The notes: generated from the letters alone by a model not told the origin. Positions 48,809-63,352 are shown, counted from the stretch's first letter. The stretch is DNA of 64,000 bases from Octopus sinensis (GCF_006345805.1 NC_043004.1:72974001-73038000), one strand, 5' to 3'. Numbers and translations are program-made.

Positions 48809-49769
48809 AGTGCGTTTGTCCTTAAAATATCGAGGTTGTGGAGCAAACAATCGAAATACTTTTTATGATGACGATAGTGGTAATTATAATACGGAATAAC
48901 ATACATGTATAAAACTAGAAATCTTATGAGGGGGAAAAACAAAGCGATAAAAAAAATTAATACTTTTATTTATTTTATTTGTTTATTTTTGTAAAATAAA
49001 GAGATAATTTGTAATAGAATGAAGACGAATTTGTTAGATATTTTCCCCCCTTTTAGTTGAGAAACTTAGCTAAATTTATTTTATTAAATGTTTTTATTTA
49101 GTAATTTTTTTAAGTAGTTATTTATCTATCGGGATAGTGAAGAGGAGAAAGAGAGAGAGAGAGAGAGAGAGGTGACATAGTTTTATTTATTTATATATTT
49201 ATATCTTATTTCTGCGCCCAGGACACGGCAATTATTCGGAATAGCTTGGAATCACTGCCTGGAAATAATGTCTAGTTATCCAGGAAGAGTGGAACGAAGC
49301 TGTTTAATAGTTAGAAGGAATAGGCAAGCAAACAGCTTAAGCTTACACGTCAATGTCACGACCGATGCTGTTTACACTCAGGGCAAAAGAACTAGTATAA
49401 TGTAATATAAAAATAAATACGAAAAAATCCTGCCTGTTTTATTAAATAGCAGCTTAATGAGGCACGATTAACGGTTAGATTTCGAGTCCCGAGGAATTAA
49501 GATTCTAGCAAATTTTCTCTTGCTAAAATGCAAACAGCTAAGACGTTCATTCTATGCACTGACAAGCCGTACCATTGTAGAGAACGTCTGACAGGATTCA
49601 CTCAGAACTACTTTATTACTTCGAATAGGGGACATTTGGTAGACCCTAGGGGTTAATCAAAATATAAAGGAAGAAATTGAATTGCAAATAAGCTTTTGTA
49701 TTTGAATATATTGTCAAAGAACGAACAAATCTCTTTGGGTATTAAATTAGTCGGAAAGAATTCGCCATT

Positions 49770-50472
49770 GTAGCAGTCGCTGCTGCTGTTGTTGTTGTTA
49801 TTATTATTGTTGTTGTTGCTGTTATACTTACCATCATCATCATCATCAACATCATCCTCAGTATTGCCAATATTATTATTGTTATCTTTATTGTTGTTGT
49901 TGATGTCATTCTAGTTATTCTGATTATTTATGTACTTCTTACCGCGGTTGATGTTGTGGTTGTTGTTGTTGTTGTGATTACTGCTTGTAGTTACTTTCTT
50001 TTTCAATTGCTGCTGCTGCTGCTGATGATGATGATGATGACGGCGTTGTTGTAGTTATGTCTGTTTTTGTTATTGTTTTCTTATACCATTTTTGTTGCTG
50101 CTGCTGTTTTTTTGCAGTTGCTGCTACTGCTGTTCTTGGTGTTGTTGTTCTTGCTATCATTGTTGTTGTTGCTGCTACCGCTGCAGTTCCTATTGTTGTT
50201 TACGATATTAAGGCTACCTAATAAAGAGATTTGAGGGATGGAGTGGAGAATACTGAAGCAATAAAGTTGTAACATTTGAAGGAAAAAATAAATAAATGTG
50301 CTCCACTGTCATTCTTAGCAGCAGCAACAGCAGCAGCGGTAGCAGCAGAGACGGCAGCAGCGGCCGCAGAAGCAGCAGCATTGTATACAACAGCAACAAT
50401 AGCAACAGTAACAATGGCAACAACAAGAAATAAAACCTAGAAGAAAGAGGAAAAAAGCAAGGCAAAAAAATT

Positions 50473-50528
<56 letters not shown>

Positions 50529-50545
50529 TAATAATAATAATAGTA

Positions 50546-50586
<41 letters not shown>

Positions 50587-50665
50587 AATGATAGTAATAG
50601 TAATAATAATAATAATAGTAATAATAATAATAATGATGATGATGATGATAAAGATAAAGATAATG

Positions 50666-50716
<51 letters not shown>

Positions 50717-50960
50717 GTTAATGATGATGATGAAGATGATGATGATGATCATCATCATCATCGTCATCATAATCATCATCATCATTAAGGTGGTGATGAT
50801 GATGATGCTATTTAATAGTATCCCCTTAAGAATAGTTTCGGGAGAATTTGGAAAGAATGCTGACAAGTATTTTTTTTTTCTCTTCCTTTAGAAATTTCCT
50901 TTTGATAATATTATATAATTAAATATTGAGAGAGAGAGAGAATGTTGATGATGATGATGA
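49770..50960. repeat. Compound trinucleotide tract (GTT, CAG, TAA, TGA, CAT)
   Basis: Direct reading. Confidence 0.9.
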
Positions 50961-51028
50961 TGATGGTGGTGGGGTGGGGAGAGAAAGTAAAAGGTCGAAG
51001 AGAATATATGTACATTCTAAAACATATA

Positions 51029-51064
<36 letters not shown>

Positions 51065-51220
51065 TGTAGGTATGTATGTATGTATGTATGTATGTATGTA
51101 TGTATGTATGTATGTATGTATGTATTTATGTAGGTATGTAAGTGTATGTATGTAAGTGTATGTATGTATATATTTATATTTATATATATAATAGAGAGAG
51201 AAAGGAGAGAAAGAGATAGA

Positions 51221-51264
<44 letters not shown>

Positions 51265-51271
51265 TAGAGGA

Positions 51272-51312
<41 letters not shown>

Positions 51313-51364
51313 AATAGATAGATAGATAATAGATAGATAGATGGATGGATAGATAGATAGATAA

Positions 51365-51452
<88 letters not shown>

Positions 51453-51554
51453 CGATAATGAGAGACTTGGGAGAATCTCAACTATAAACTATCAACTCAT
51501 GAAAAAATTACTCCTCACACCACACTGCTTCATTCTCTCACTCACATCTCTCTC

Positions 51555-51593
<39 letters not shown>

Positions 51594-51985
51594 GTCTGTC
51601 TGTCTGTCTCTGTCTCTCTCTCTCTCTCACTCTCTCCTCCCCCTTTCTCACCCTCCCCAACAACCATAAATTTGATTCAAAGAAGTTATGAAATATTGTA
51701 TTTCATTTCCTTTCGTCCATTCCCTTTAAAATCACGTGACCAAATATCATTCGAAGTAATGGACGTTAGGCTCATTATTGCAACTCTAATTTTCCTTCTC
51801 GGCTCCTTTCGCTCGCCCTTAAATTGTATAGGCCTATATTATCAAATCAACTATTCTATGGTGAATTGAGAGAATGTGGAGAAGAATCATGGCTTATTTC
51901 TCAGTTTGCCTTACACGCACTATCTTCGGACTTGAACATATACCCAAAACTTATGCAAAATATCATGCACACATAAATACACACA

Positions 51986-52046
<61 letters not shown>

Positions 52047-54031
52047 ACACACACACAGATACACAAACATGCATACATACAAACACACGCATACAGACAG
52101 GTAGACAGATGCACATACATACACACAATTCTCATACGATTTGTAAGAGCAGAACTCGATCAATATGCATATATACCTGTGTGAGGGTATATCTATATAT
52201 ACATACATATATACGTCCATACATGCATATTCATTTATATAACTTGAATTAGTTGAATGGTTGGAGCATTCAGCTCGGCTCGTTACGTTCTTGGTTCAAA
52301 TTTCACCGAGAGCAACTTTTATCTTTCTTCGGCCGATAAAATAAAGGAAGAATCCAGGGCGAAGTTTTGGCAGAATTGTTAAATCTGTAAACGAAATGAT
52401 TTGCTGCATTAGTTTCTGCTTCTTTTAACTCTATGTCCAGGAAGATGTAGCGAATGTATCTAGATCTACCTTCAAGGTGGTGGCTAAAAGATAATCAGGA
52501 AAGGCAGCAGAAAACCATCTTTGAATTCTCCCAAGAAAATTCGACAACTTCATGACAGTCTCTAAAGAAAGTCACTTGCGGTCACATGTGATCTGATGGT
52601 GCAAGTGTATGTGAGCTTGTGTGTGTACATGTATGTGTGTGAGTGTATGTGTGTGAGTGCATGTATGCATTTATGTGCGCGTGTGCGTCTGGTTATGGAT
52701 TTAAAGCAATCATACAACCAATGAGAACACGATGCTTATTTGCAGAGTGTAATATATTTTTGGTTTATAAGTGGCTGAATATAGCATATTTACTTTTCCC
52801 CAGTTTTCCCAACCCTTGACAAGTCGGAAAACGTGCGGACTAATTTTTTAAATTTTTAACTTAAAATTTTAAGATATAATTTATTATTGAAAGTATTTTT
52901 GTACATTGATTTTTAGGCATTGTTTGATTTTGTTATTAATCTTAAATGTTACGTCTGAGAGAGAATTTTAAAGTTGTTTCTTTTTTTCTGAAAAATGCAT
53001 GAATACATGGATTAGATTTCCCTCAGTGTATCTGCTTGATGTCTGTTGATGTTTTTCGAGATTAATAAGCTGTCATCTCCAGAAATTCCACGGTTATTAA
53101 ATTTTGAATTATATATTATATTACATTTGAAAAAATTGCGAGGAATTACATAACCCTATTAAATTTTTAAATTCTATGAAATCTCTGGCTCCCATGCTCA
53201 CATCGAAAAGTTCTGCTCTGTGTGTTTGTTATCCAAATATACTTGAGAGAAAAAATTGATTTTCTGGAGTGCATTATTTGTCACAACAAACTAAAGTTTA
53301 ACGAATTTTGGGGCTTTTAATAGTACGATTTAGTTTTAAAGGGAACACATCTATTACGTAGAACCGAGTGAATGTATATTTTTGTTTATCATGGAATTCT
53401 TGAAACTAATATATTATCGATTTACTATTGTTTCTGTCTGTAAAACTGAAATTTGAAACAATTTCCCGCAGATCTTAGGACGGATATTTTGTTTTTTCCA
53501 GTTATTATTCCTGCTTTAGTTTGCTTTCATACATTCCGTTGCAGAGTGAATATTGAAAATGCTAAACGAGTAAATGCTATTTGTGAAGTTTCAACTTAAG
53601 ATTAAAATTTTAGGCAGAAAAGTATAACATGTGAAGACCCCTAGCGAACATTTAGAACAAAGGAAATCATTATTTCTTCATAATTTTCGCCGGGATTTGA
53701 AGACTGAATTTGAAATTGAAGAAGAAGAATGGAGATGTATAGAGTATATACATATATTTTGCTTAATTATTACGGAGGTAATCAAATTTCTAGTCTTAGA
53801 TGATCATGCATAGCACCATTTCATTGTTTTTAGAAATCATCAACATAACCTGAGGTATATAATTGAATTTTTATTGAGCGAGGCATTTCAACGATTTAGT
53901 ACTTTTTCTTTTAGTTTTTAAATAAAAAAACTTTTAATTAATTTACATGTTATATATACACATGTATATACACATATATTCTTATTCTTTAAAGTATACA
54001 TTATGTTAAAGTTAGTTGACAGAAAAGAGTG

Positions 54032-54170
54032 TATAGTAATCCCTTGCCTTATCACAGTTCACCTATCGCGGTTTATTATTTAAGCTTATTCCTCCGTGGT
54101 GTTGTTTTGCATTTATAATAGAATAAATGTATACAAATATAAAAATAATAAAAAATATATATGCAGTACT
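54032..54170. mobile_element. Possible pogo/Tigger-type MITE remnant
   Basis: TA-TAGTAATCCCTTGCCTTATCACAG resembles CAGTAATCCCTCGC-type TIRs; partner TIR not found. Confidence 0.3.
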
Positions 54171-54180
54171 TTTTCAACTT

Positions 54181-54300
54181 CGTGGCGAGCTGGCTGAAAC
54201 GTTAGCGCTGGGCGAAAAAAGGCGGCGAGCTGGCAGAAACGTTAGCGCTGGGCGAAAAAAGGCGGCGAGCTGTCAGAAACGTTAGCACGCAGGGCGAAAT
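54181..54300 (+). repeat. 40-bp SINE family B head unit x3
   Basis: GGCGGCGAGCTGGCAGAAACGTTAGCGCTGGGCGAAAAAA-like units at 54181, 54221 and 54261. Confidence 0.85.
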
Positions 54301-54664
54301 ACGATAAAACAAAAATAACAATATTAGCGAAACAGGCTACATTGATGAAATCGACCAGTGAAGATTGGACAGCCAAATTATTTGACCAATGAAAAGAGAC
54401 AATATAACGATAAGAATGATAAAAATACACGAATTGAAAACAAATAACAAAGAAGTCGAATATAGGAGTGAAATTCATTAATGAAAACGAATTGGCAAAT
54501 GAAAAAGCGACATTAATTTTGTCAATGAAATATGGTAGGACTTGAACTCAGAACTGAACTCCTGAATACCGTAATGCATTTTGTCTGGCCCTCTATCGAT
54601 TTTGCAATAAATTTATGGGGGTAGGGTACAGATTATTGAATGAACAGCTACACATTACTAATAT

Positions 54665-54764
54665 NNNNNNNNNNNNNNNNNNNNNNNNNNNNNNNNNNNN
54701 NNNNNNNNNNNNNNNNNNNNNNNNNNNNNNNNNNNNNNNNNNNNNNNNNNNNNNNNNNNNNNNN
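54665..54764. other. Assembly gap (100 N)
   Basis: Direct reading. Confidence 1.
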
Positions 54765-54924
54765 ACGTATGTAGGTAGGTACGTAGGCATGTATATGTAT
54801 ATGCGAACACACAATCATACATATTTGATATATATATATATAATTAAATTACAGATAAAAACATTATTAGGCAACTCATATACTCCTAATATTATTATTA
54901 TTATTATTATTATTATTATGATTG

Positions 54925-54991
<67 letters not shown>

Positions 54992-55053
54992 GTATGTATA
55001 TATTATGAACGTTTACACTTCGATCCAGTCATTTTGTGTCTGCATGTGTGCGT

Positions 55054-55099
<46 letters not shown>

Positions 55100-55639
55100 T
55101 GTGTGTGTGTGTGTGTGGTTGCCTATCTGAGTGTGTACAATGTAGCTGTTCTCTTCACTTTACATCGCTGACCTGTCTAATATATTTATCTATATATGAA
55201 TTTGTCTTCCTTCCGTGTTACATACATACATACATTCATACACACACACACACACATACATGCAAACATACATACATACATAAATGCATGCATGCATGCA
55301 TACATGCATACATGCATGCATGTATACATGCATGCATGCATGCATGCTTAGGAGCACGGCTCTATAGACTACAATCAAAAACAGGCAATTTCTGGTTGCC
55401 AGCTTCCAGTTCAGCTTCACTCAATATTGTCAGCCTACAACTGCAAGGCGAATGAGCAACCTAAGCGACACCAATGCCTGCACTTTGCACACCAGGTGGC
55501 ACCACTTGGAAATTATTTTATTGGGGAAAAAATAAAAACATGCATTCATTTATTATTTATAAGGTTCTTCTTTTTCCGTATTATTTTTATATTATTATTT
55601 ATATATTATTATATTATATATAATAATATCATTTGTGAT

Positions 55640-55886
55640 GTCGGTTATTGTTGTTGTTGCAGCTGAAGCTATTTTTGCTGCAGCTGATGTTGTTTGCTAA
55701 TGTTTTTGTTTTCTTTTATTTTCTTCGCTGCTGCTGCTGTTGTTGTTGTTGTTGTAGTTGCTGCTGTTGTTGTTGTTGTTGTAGTTGCTGCAGTTGGTCT
55801 CGATTTTGTCGTTGCAGTTGGCCTGTTGTTGTTTTTGTCGCTGTTGGTGTTGCTGCTGCAATTAGCCGGTTGTCGTCGACGATTAC

Positions 55887-55921
<35 letters not shown>

Positions 55922-55959
55922 GTAGTAGTAGTAGTAGTAGTAGTAGTATTTTGTTAGTA

Positions 55960-56058
<99 letters not shown>

Positions 56059-56245
56059 TTTTGTTAGTATTTTGTTAGTATTATTATTATTATTATTATC
56101 ATTATTATTATTATTGTATTTGGTGTTGCTGCTGCTGTAATTGCTCTGTTATTGTAACAGTTGTTGATGACGATGACGATGATGATGATGATAACGATGA
56201 TGATGATGAGGAGGAGGAGGAGGAGAACGACAGCGGCGGTGGTGG

Positions 56246-56276
<31 letters not shown>

Positions 56277-56846
56277 GCTAGTTTGTTATATATTGTTTAC
56301 CACTAAATACTATCGTCTTTATATATTGCTTTTAGGGAAAAGCATGAATGTCACCAATGTTATCGTCAGACTCCATTGATTACTACTACCGCCACTACTA
56401 CTACTACTACCACTACTACTACTACTACCACTACCATTACCACCACCACCACCACCACTACTACTACCACTGCTACCCTGTAATGTTGCTGTTGTTGCTG
56501 CTATTGCTGCTGCCGCTGCTGCTACAAGTAGAAGCAGTGAGAACCGCCGAAGGAGTCTGCTAGGTCTCAGGACTGCCCTGCGTGGGAGGGCAGACTCGAC
56601 CTGCAACAACCACATGTCTAACTGCCCACAAATGCTGCTGTTGATGATGATGATGATTATAAGGAGGAGGGAGGAGAAGGGGAAGGGGAGGAGGGCGCTA
56701 CCTCTGGTAATAAAAATAATATTCTTGTCCTTATCACGAACGTCATTTTTCTCTTTATTTTCTTCACATGCTTCGTCGTCGTCGTCGTCGTCGTTGTTAT
56801 CGTCCTCATTTCTCTTCATAATATATTTCATCGTCGTCGTCATCAC

Positions 56847-56908
<62 letters not shown>

Positions 56909-57010
56909 CCATCATTGATCTTTTCCTTTTCCAATCAATGTCTGAAATGTTAAGCAAGTAAGTTAAATGAAAAGGTGAAGATAAGAGATCAATAATGATA
57001 ATAATGATGA
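55640..57010. repeat. Compound trinucleotide tract (GTT, ATT, AGT, GAT, CTA, CAT)
   Basis: Direct reading. Confidence 0.9.
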
Positions 57011-57295
57011 TGATTTGTAACAGTGGTACAGAGCTAAGGTTTGTGGGACAGGGTGGAGAATCGATTATATTGATTCCAATATCTGACTGGTTCTTTGTTT
57101 AAGCAACACTGGATGAGAAGGCAAAGTTTAGACTGAAGGAGGATGAGGTCTGCCTCAGATACAAACAGAAGCCAAGACACAGAAGGGAGGCAGGAATAAT
57201 ATTTAAAAACAGACAAAAGAGCACTGATTAGTGGAATATGGAAATAGGGAAAAGAAAATTCCCTTTCTGCACCCGCTTTCTCTCTCTCGCACGCG

Positions 57296-57343
<48 letters not shown>

Positions 57344-57625
57344 TTGTATAAAGGCGGCGAGCTAACAAACGTTAGAACGCCAGGTGAAATGCGTATCCGT
57401 ATTTCGTCTGCCGTTACGTTCTAAGTTCAAATTCTGGCGAGGTCGACTTTGCCTTTCATCCTTTCGGGGTCGATAAATTAAGTACCAGTTACGCCCTGGG
57501 GTCGATGTAATCGACTTAATCTGTTTGTCTGACCTTGTTTGTCCCCTCTGCGTTTAGACCCTTGTGGGTAGTAAATTATAATATATATATATATGTGTGT
57601 GTGTGTGTATGTGTGTGTGTGTGTA

Positions 57626-57930
57626 TGGAGGTACATGGCCTAGTGGTTAGAGCAGCGGACTCGCAGTCGAGGGATCGTGGGTTCGAATCTCAGACTGGGC
57701 GATGTGTATGTTTATGAGCGAAAACACCTAAGCTCCACGCGGCTCCGGCAGATGTTAATGGCGAAGTTCTGCTGACTCTTTCGCCACAACTTTCTCTCAC
57801 TCTTTCCTCCTACATTTTGCAGCTCACCTGCGACGGACCAGCGTCCCGACCAGGGGGTGGGGACCTATACGCCAAGGAAACCGGGAAACCAGCCCTTATG
57901 AGCCAGGCGTGGCTCGAGAACGAACAAGCA
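57626..57930 (+). mobile_element. SINE family C copy
   Basis: GGAGGTACATGGCCTAGTGG box A, GGGTTCGAATCTC box B. Confidence 0.85.
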
Positions 57931-57947
57931 ATATATATATATATATT

Positions 57948-58113
57948 AGGCGCAGGAGTGGCTGTGTGGTAAGTATCTTGCTAACCAACCACATGGTTCC
58001 GGGTTCAGTCCCACTGCGTGGCATCTTGGGCAAGTGTCTTATGCTATAGCCCCGGGCCGACCAATGCCTTGTGAGTGGATTTGGTATACGGAAACTGAAA
58101 GAAGCCTGTCGTA

Positions 58114-58162
<49 letters not shown>

Positions 58163-58373
58163 TTGTGTGTCTGTGTTTGTCCCCCTAGCATTGCTTGATA
58201 GCCGATGCTGGTGTGTCTATGTCCCCGTCACTTAGCGGTTCGGCAAAAGCGACCGATAGAATAAGTACTGGGCTTACAAAGAATAAGTCCCGGGGTCGAT
58301 TTTGCTCGACTAAGGCGGTGCTCCAGCATGACCGCAGTCAAATGACTGAAACAAGTAAAAGAGTAAAGAAAAG

Positions 58374-58374
<1 letters not shown>
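57948..58374 (+). mobile_element. SINE family A, complete copy
   Basis: Same organisation as 24008-24422. Confidence 0.9.
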
Positions 58375-58421
<47 letters not shown>

Positions 58422-58439
58422 TATATATATATATATATA

Positions 58440-58800
58440 ACTTAGATAAAAACGTAGATATGTTTCGACCAAAGATTGGTCCAGGCCATGTCTAACTTAA
58501 TAGCACAACCTGATAGGATTATCCAAATCCTTTGTAAGTCATGTTTTTAGTTCTTGTTGAGAGAGTTGTATGCAGGTATGGGTGGCGTGTCTGGTATTCC
58601 TTGAAAAAATCTGTCCTGATGGGATCCTTTTCCACTTTGATCAGTTTTGGGACAATGTTAACCAGGGCAGGGTCTGTTGAGAAAAAGAAACTGTGTTGCA
58701 GTGTACCTATATGTTGTGGATCCTGAATTAGGCAGGGGACGTGCGGCCCGTGGTCCCAGCCTTGGATGAACCTTGAAACTAATGTTCAGGTTATTTGGGC
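58440..58800 (-). mobile_element. CR1-type LINE 3' fragment (second family)
   Basis: ...GIPDTPPIPAYNSLNKN motif plus 3' UTR; the same terminus occurs alone at ~37045-37110. Confidence 0.6.
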
Positions 58801-58882
58801 AGTATGTATATATATATATATATACATTTACATATATATATATATAAATATATAAATACACACACCCACACACCCATCCACC

Positions 58883-58937
<55 letters not shown>

Positions 58938-59099
58938 CTGTGTGTGTGTATACATAAACATATACATCCATATATGTATATACATAAATATATATATATA
59001 TATACATATATACAAGAGAGTGTCCCAGCATGACCACAAGCTAATGACTGAAACAAGTAAAAGATAAAAGATATACATACAAGTTTATGTGTGTGCGTG

Positions 59100-59189
<90 letters not shown>

Positions 59190-59190
<1 letters not shown>

Positions 59191-59817
59191 GGTTAGGGTT
59201 AGGGTTATAGGTTAGGGTTCGGGTTCGAGCTCGGGTAGTGTTAGGGTTAGGGTTAGGATGCTAGGTTTTGGGTTAGGGTTTGAGTTAGGGTTAGGGTTAG
59301 AGTTAAGGTTTGGTGTTGGGCTAGGGTTAGGGTTCGCGTTAGGTTTAGGGTTCGGGTTCGGGTTAGTGTTAGGGAATGGGTTAGGTTTAGTGTTTTGGGT
59401 TTAGGGTTAGGGTTAGGGTTAGGGTTAGGGCTAGGGTCAGGGTTATGGTTAAGGTTAGGTTTAGAGTTTTAGGGTTAGGGTTAGGGTTACTGTTAGGTTT
59501 AGGGTTAGAGGGTTGGGATTAGGGTTAGGTTTAGGGTTAGGGTTGGGGTTTGGGTTGGGGTTAGTGTTAGGGTTAGGATTGTTGGTAGCGTTAGGGTTTG
59601 GGTTAGGGTGGGGTTAGATGGTTAGGGTTAGGATTAGGGTTAAGGTTTGGGATAGGGCTAGGGTTAGGGTTTGGTTTGAGGTTAGTGTTAGGGTTAGGTT
59701 TGGGACTAGGGTTAGGGTGAGGGTTAGGGTTACAGGGCTAGGGTTATGGTTAGGTTTAGTGTTAGGGTTAGGGGTTGGGGTTAGGGGTTGGGGTTAGGGT
59801 TGGGGTTAGGGTTGGGT
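59190..59817 (+). repeat. Interstitial degenerate telomeric (TTAGGG)n array
   Basis: ~630 bp of TTAGGG with TTCGGG, CTAGGG, TTTGGG and TTGGGG variants. Confidence 0.95.
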
Positions 59818-60282
59818 ATAGAATAAGTACCAGGCTTTAAAAATGAAAATTACTGGGGTTGATTCATTCGACTAAAAATTCTAAAAATCGGTGCCTCAGC
59901 ATGGCTGCAGTCTAATGATTGAAACAATTAATAGTCAAAAGATAAAATACTGTTGTACAGAAGGTGAATGGACAACAAGACCAAATCGAACGACCCAAAT
60001 ATAAGGATCGAGGGTCTGCACGAAAGTTACCGTACTTTAATATTTGATAGACAGACAAAAACATGGGCCAGAAAGAATTCGAAATGTTATGAAGTAGATG
60101 TACTTTCCAGGCAAAAGATTTGATCTGAGACTGTTTGTTAAAACGAAAGCAATTACAGCATCGAAGACATAAATTAGCCATTCAAAAGCACAAAGACTCT
60201 TAACTTCACTTAAGTACTGATTACTTGGTGTCAAAACTGAAACAAGTAAAAGAAAATATATATTCATATATACTTACATGCA

Positions 60283-60319
<37 letters not shown>

Positions 60320-60854
60320 ACGTCTGTGTACCTGTGTGTCTTTGCGTTTGAGCCTGTTTCCACATCACCGCTTGATAACTGGTGTTGGTTTGTTTATATC
60401 GCCCATAACTTAGCAATTCGGCAAAAGATGTGGATCAGATAAAGTAACAGACGATTTACTTAACTACATCCTTCAAAGAGGTGCTACAGCATGGCCAGTG
60501 GCTGAAACGAGTACATGAATAAACGATGAAAGACAAACATATCATCTACATCCAAACAATATCACAGCTCACCAAACCAAAAATGTTATCCTTTCTACTA
60601 TGGGCAGAAGGCCTGAAATTTGAATACCTCGACCCCAGTGCTCAACTGGTACATATTTTATCGACCCCGAAAATTTTTAAAGGCAAAGTCGACCTGGGGG
60701 GGGGGGGGGAATTGAACACAGGATGTATAAAGCTGGATGAAATGCTGCTAAGCATTTTGCTCGGCACGGAAACGATTATGCCACCTCGTGGCCCTCAAGG
60801 TAACATGAAGTGCGATTGAGCCCGGAATCGTGTTTCTACGCCTGCACCTAAGAA

Positions 60855-61002
60855 AAGAAGAAGAAGAAGAAGAAGAAGAAGAAGAAGAAGAAGAAGAAGA
60901 AGAAGAAGAAGAAGAAGAAGAAGAAGAAGAAGAAGAAGAAGAAGAAGAAGAAGAAGAAGAAGAAGAAGAAGAAGAAGAAGAAGAAGAAGAAGAAGAAGAA
61001 GA
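60855..61002. repeat. Pure (GAA)n tract
   Basis: Direct reading. Confidence 0.95.
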
Positions 61003-61174
61003 AATTAAGGCCAATAGGCCAGATATAGTTGCCAGAGATCATGAAGGAAAAAAGCTTTCTAATTGATGTATCAATACCAGCAGATGACAACGTTTCTCTA
61101 AAAGAAATGGAGAAACTTTCAAAATACAATGACCTGGAAATAAAGTTAACTAGAATGTGGAATCTAAAAACAGA

Positions 61175-61180
<6 letters not shown>
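61003..61180 (+). pseudogene. R4/Dong-type RLE endonuclease fragment (different subfamily)
   Basis: IKANRPDIV...FLIDVSIPADDNVSLKEMEKLSKYNDLEIKLTRMWNL. Confidence 0.8.
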
Positions 61181-61228
<48 letters not shown>

Positions 61229-61250
61229 AATAATAATAATAATAATGAAG

Positions 61251-61287
<37 letters not shown>

Positions 61288-61301
61288 TGATGATGATGAT
61301 G

Positions 61302-61351
<50 letters not shown>

Positions 61352-61353
61352 TA

Positions 61354-61393
<40 letters not shown>

Positions 61394-61416
61394 GTAATAA
61401 TAATAATAATAATAAT

Positions 61417-62275
61417 GACTAATGGTTTCCGGCTTAAAATGAGAAACAGAAGGGTTTACCATAGCATCCCAAGATCAATGCCTACCTACAAGGAACTACC
61501 AGGCCAACATATTAAAGAACGGCAGTAGCCCAATATGTCGTGTATGTCAACAAGAAAATGAAACCATTGATCATGTTGTCCCCTTGTGCAGTTTTCTTGC
61601 GCCTACAGAGTATCTCAACAGGCATGATAGAGCTGCACAATATATTCACTGGGTAATTTGCAAAATCCTGGACTTGCCCCTTGATAAAAACTGGTGGGGA
61701 CACAAACCATCCCCAGTGGTTGAAAATGATCATATCAGACTCGTCTGGAACTTCAACATTCAAACTGACAGGAAGATAGATGCAAATAGGCCAGACATCA
61801 TATTGAAAGACTTCAAACAAACAACATGCCTCCTCATTGATATGATTGTCCCAATCGATATAAACGTATCTGTCAAGACCTACCAGAAACTGAGCAAATA
61901 TAAAGATCTTGAAATAGATATTAGCAAAATGTGGAACCTGAAGATTAAAACAATACCTGTTGTCATAAGTGCCCTAGGAATGATAGCAAAAGTGGTTGAT
62001 TGCTACATAGCTCAGATACCAGGAAACTCCAAAATGGCAGGAATTCAAAAGATAGTGCTCATGGGAACTACGTAAAATACTATGTAATCTCAAATGTTAA
62101 AACAAACAAAATTTTCTTATGGTTTCTTAAACATTCTCTAGAACAATACTATGTACAAAACCAAACATATGACACCCTAGGCATAACACCAACATGAACT
62201 TCTAACTTGTTGTCTCTTAAGGTCTCTGGGTGAGACTTGGAGCCAACTTGTATAAATGCAACGCAAAAGTCAAAC
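61417..62275 (+). mobile_element. 5'-truncated R4/Dong-clade non-LTR retrotransposon in (TAA)n
   Basis: ETEGF..SQDQCLPTRNY, CRVC..ETIDHV..C, RHD, HW, RPDI..D..P...K..KY (CCHC + RLE), then 3' UTR; (TAA)n on both flanks. Confidence 0.88.
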
Positions 62276-62340
<65 letters not shown>

Positions 62341-62353
62341 AGAAGAAGAAAAA

Positions 62354-62390
<37 letters not shown>

Positions 62391-62919
62391 TATAATAATA
62401 ATACGTGGTCTTGTATAATTTAATATAACACAATACTTTACATATTTTTCGTTTTGTTTGGCGATACGCTTTGTTATTTCATGTGTTTCTTCAGTATTTC
62501 GAAAGTTTGTTTTGTAGTTTAAGTCTTATGTGAATTGTGTTATTTTTGTTGGACTGTTTTAAAAATGTATTTGTGTTATCTTTTATCATTTCGGGTGGTA
62601 ATATTGTGTGGATTTTCTTATATTACTGGGTAGCCATAAGAACAAGCCCCCCCACCACCACCACCACCGAGCTGCGGATGAATTAGTACCACGCCGCACA
62701 GAAAGTAGAAACTGCAGGGTGTTTTTGCAGGAGGAGGAGGAGGAACAGGAGGAGCAGGAGGTGTTGACAGGTAACGCTAAAAAACAATATAAAAGTGACG
62801 TCTAGTCAGCAGATTAGAAGAGTCAATTAGGAAAGTTATTGTGAGAGTGGCAAAAATGGTAGCAGATCATTTCTGACAGAACATAATGGACTTCAACTAT
62901 TTCGATTCATCCCACATGA

Positions 62920-63352
62920 GTGCAGTTTTCCACAAGCACTTTTGCTCAACTGTTTGGGTCTAGTGTTAGGCCAGAGACAGTGGACTTTAACGCTCATTTT
63001 GTGAACTTGCGATAGCACTCGGTAGAAAAGATGGAGTGTTATGGAAAACCGATAACGACAATTAGAAACAAATGGATATGCGATGTGGATAGGATTTCAA
63101 ATCGTCTCAGGTGGCAAGTCAGATCTACGAACTTTATGGAAACATTCCAAACTTGTTCACCCTTTCTCTTGACAATTGTCTGTTGCAACTGGTAGCAATC
63201 TGGGTAAATTTTTAGTAATGTCAGCAGCAGAGTTGGAGTGCTGCTGAGGAAGGATACAGAAGTAAGAACATCATCAATAATTTCAGGTACTTAACACTAC
63301 TGGGCACAGAAGTCAGAATTTTGTTCAAAGTACTCCTGAAGAGGCTGGCAGT
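62920..63352 (+). pseudogene. Old Tx1-type ORF2 (RT N-terminal) fragment not visible in the ORF track
   Basis: YELYGNIPNLF; NIINNFRYLTLLGTEVRILFKVLLKRLAV versus NIIDNFRPIT...LTKVLAKRLALV in the 38-40 kb element. Confidence 0.7.

Noticed and set aside
56319-56957. 212-aa minus-strand ORF with a short complex island
   Set aside because: It is built from triplet repeats, and the island has no recognisable motif.
2973-58374. tRNA genes suggested by box A/box B motifs
   Set aside because: All continue into SINE bodies and lack complete cloverleaves.
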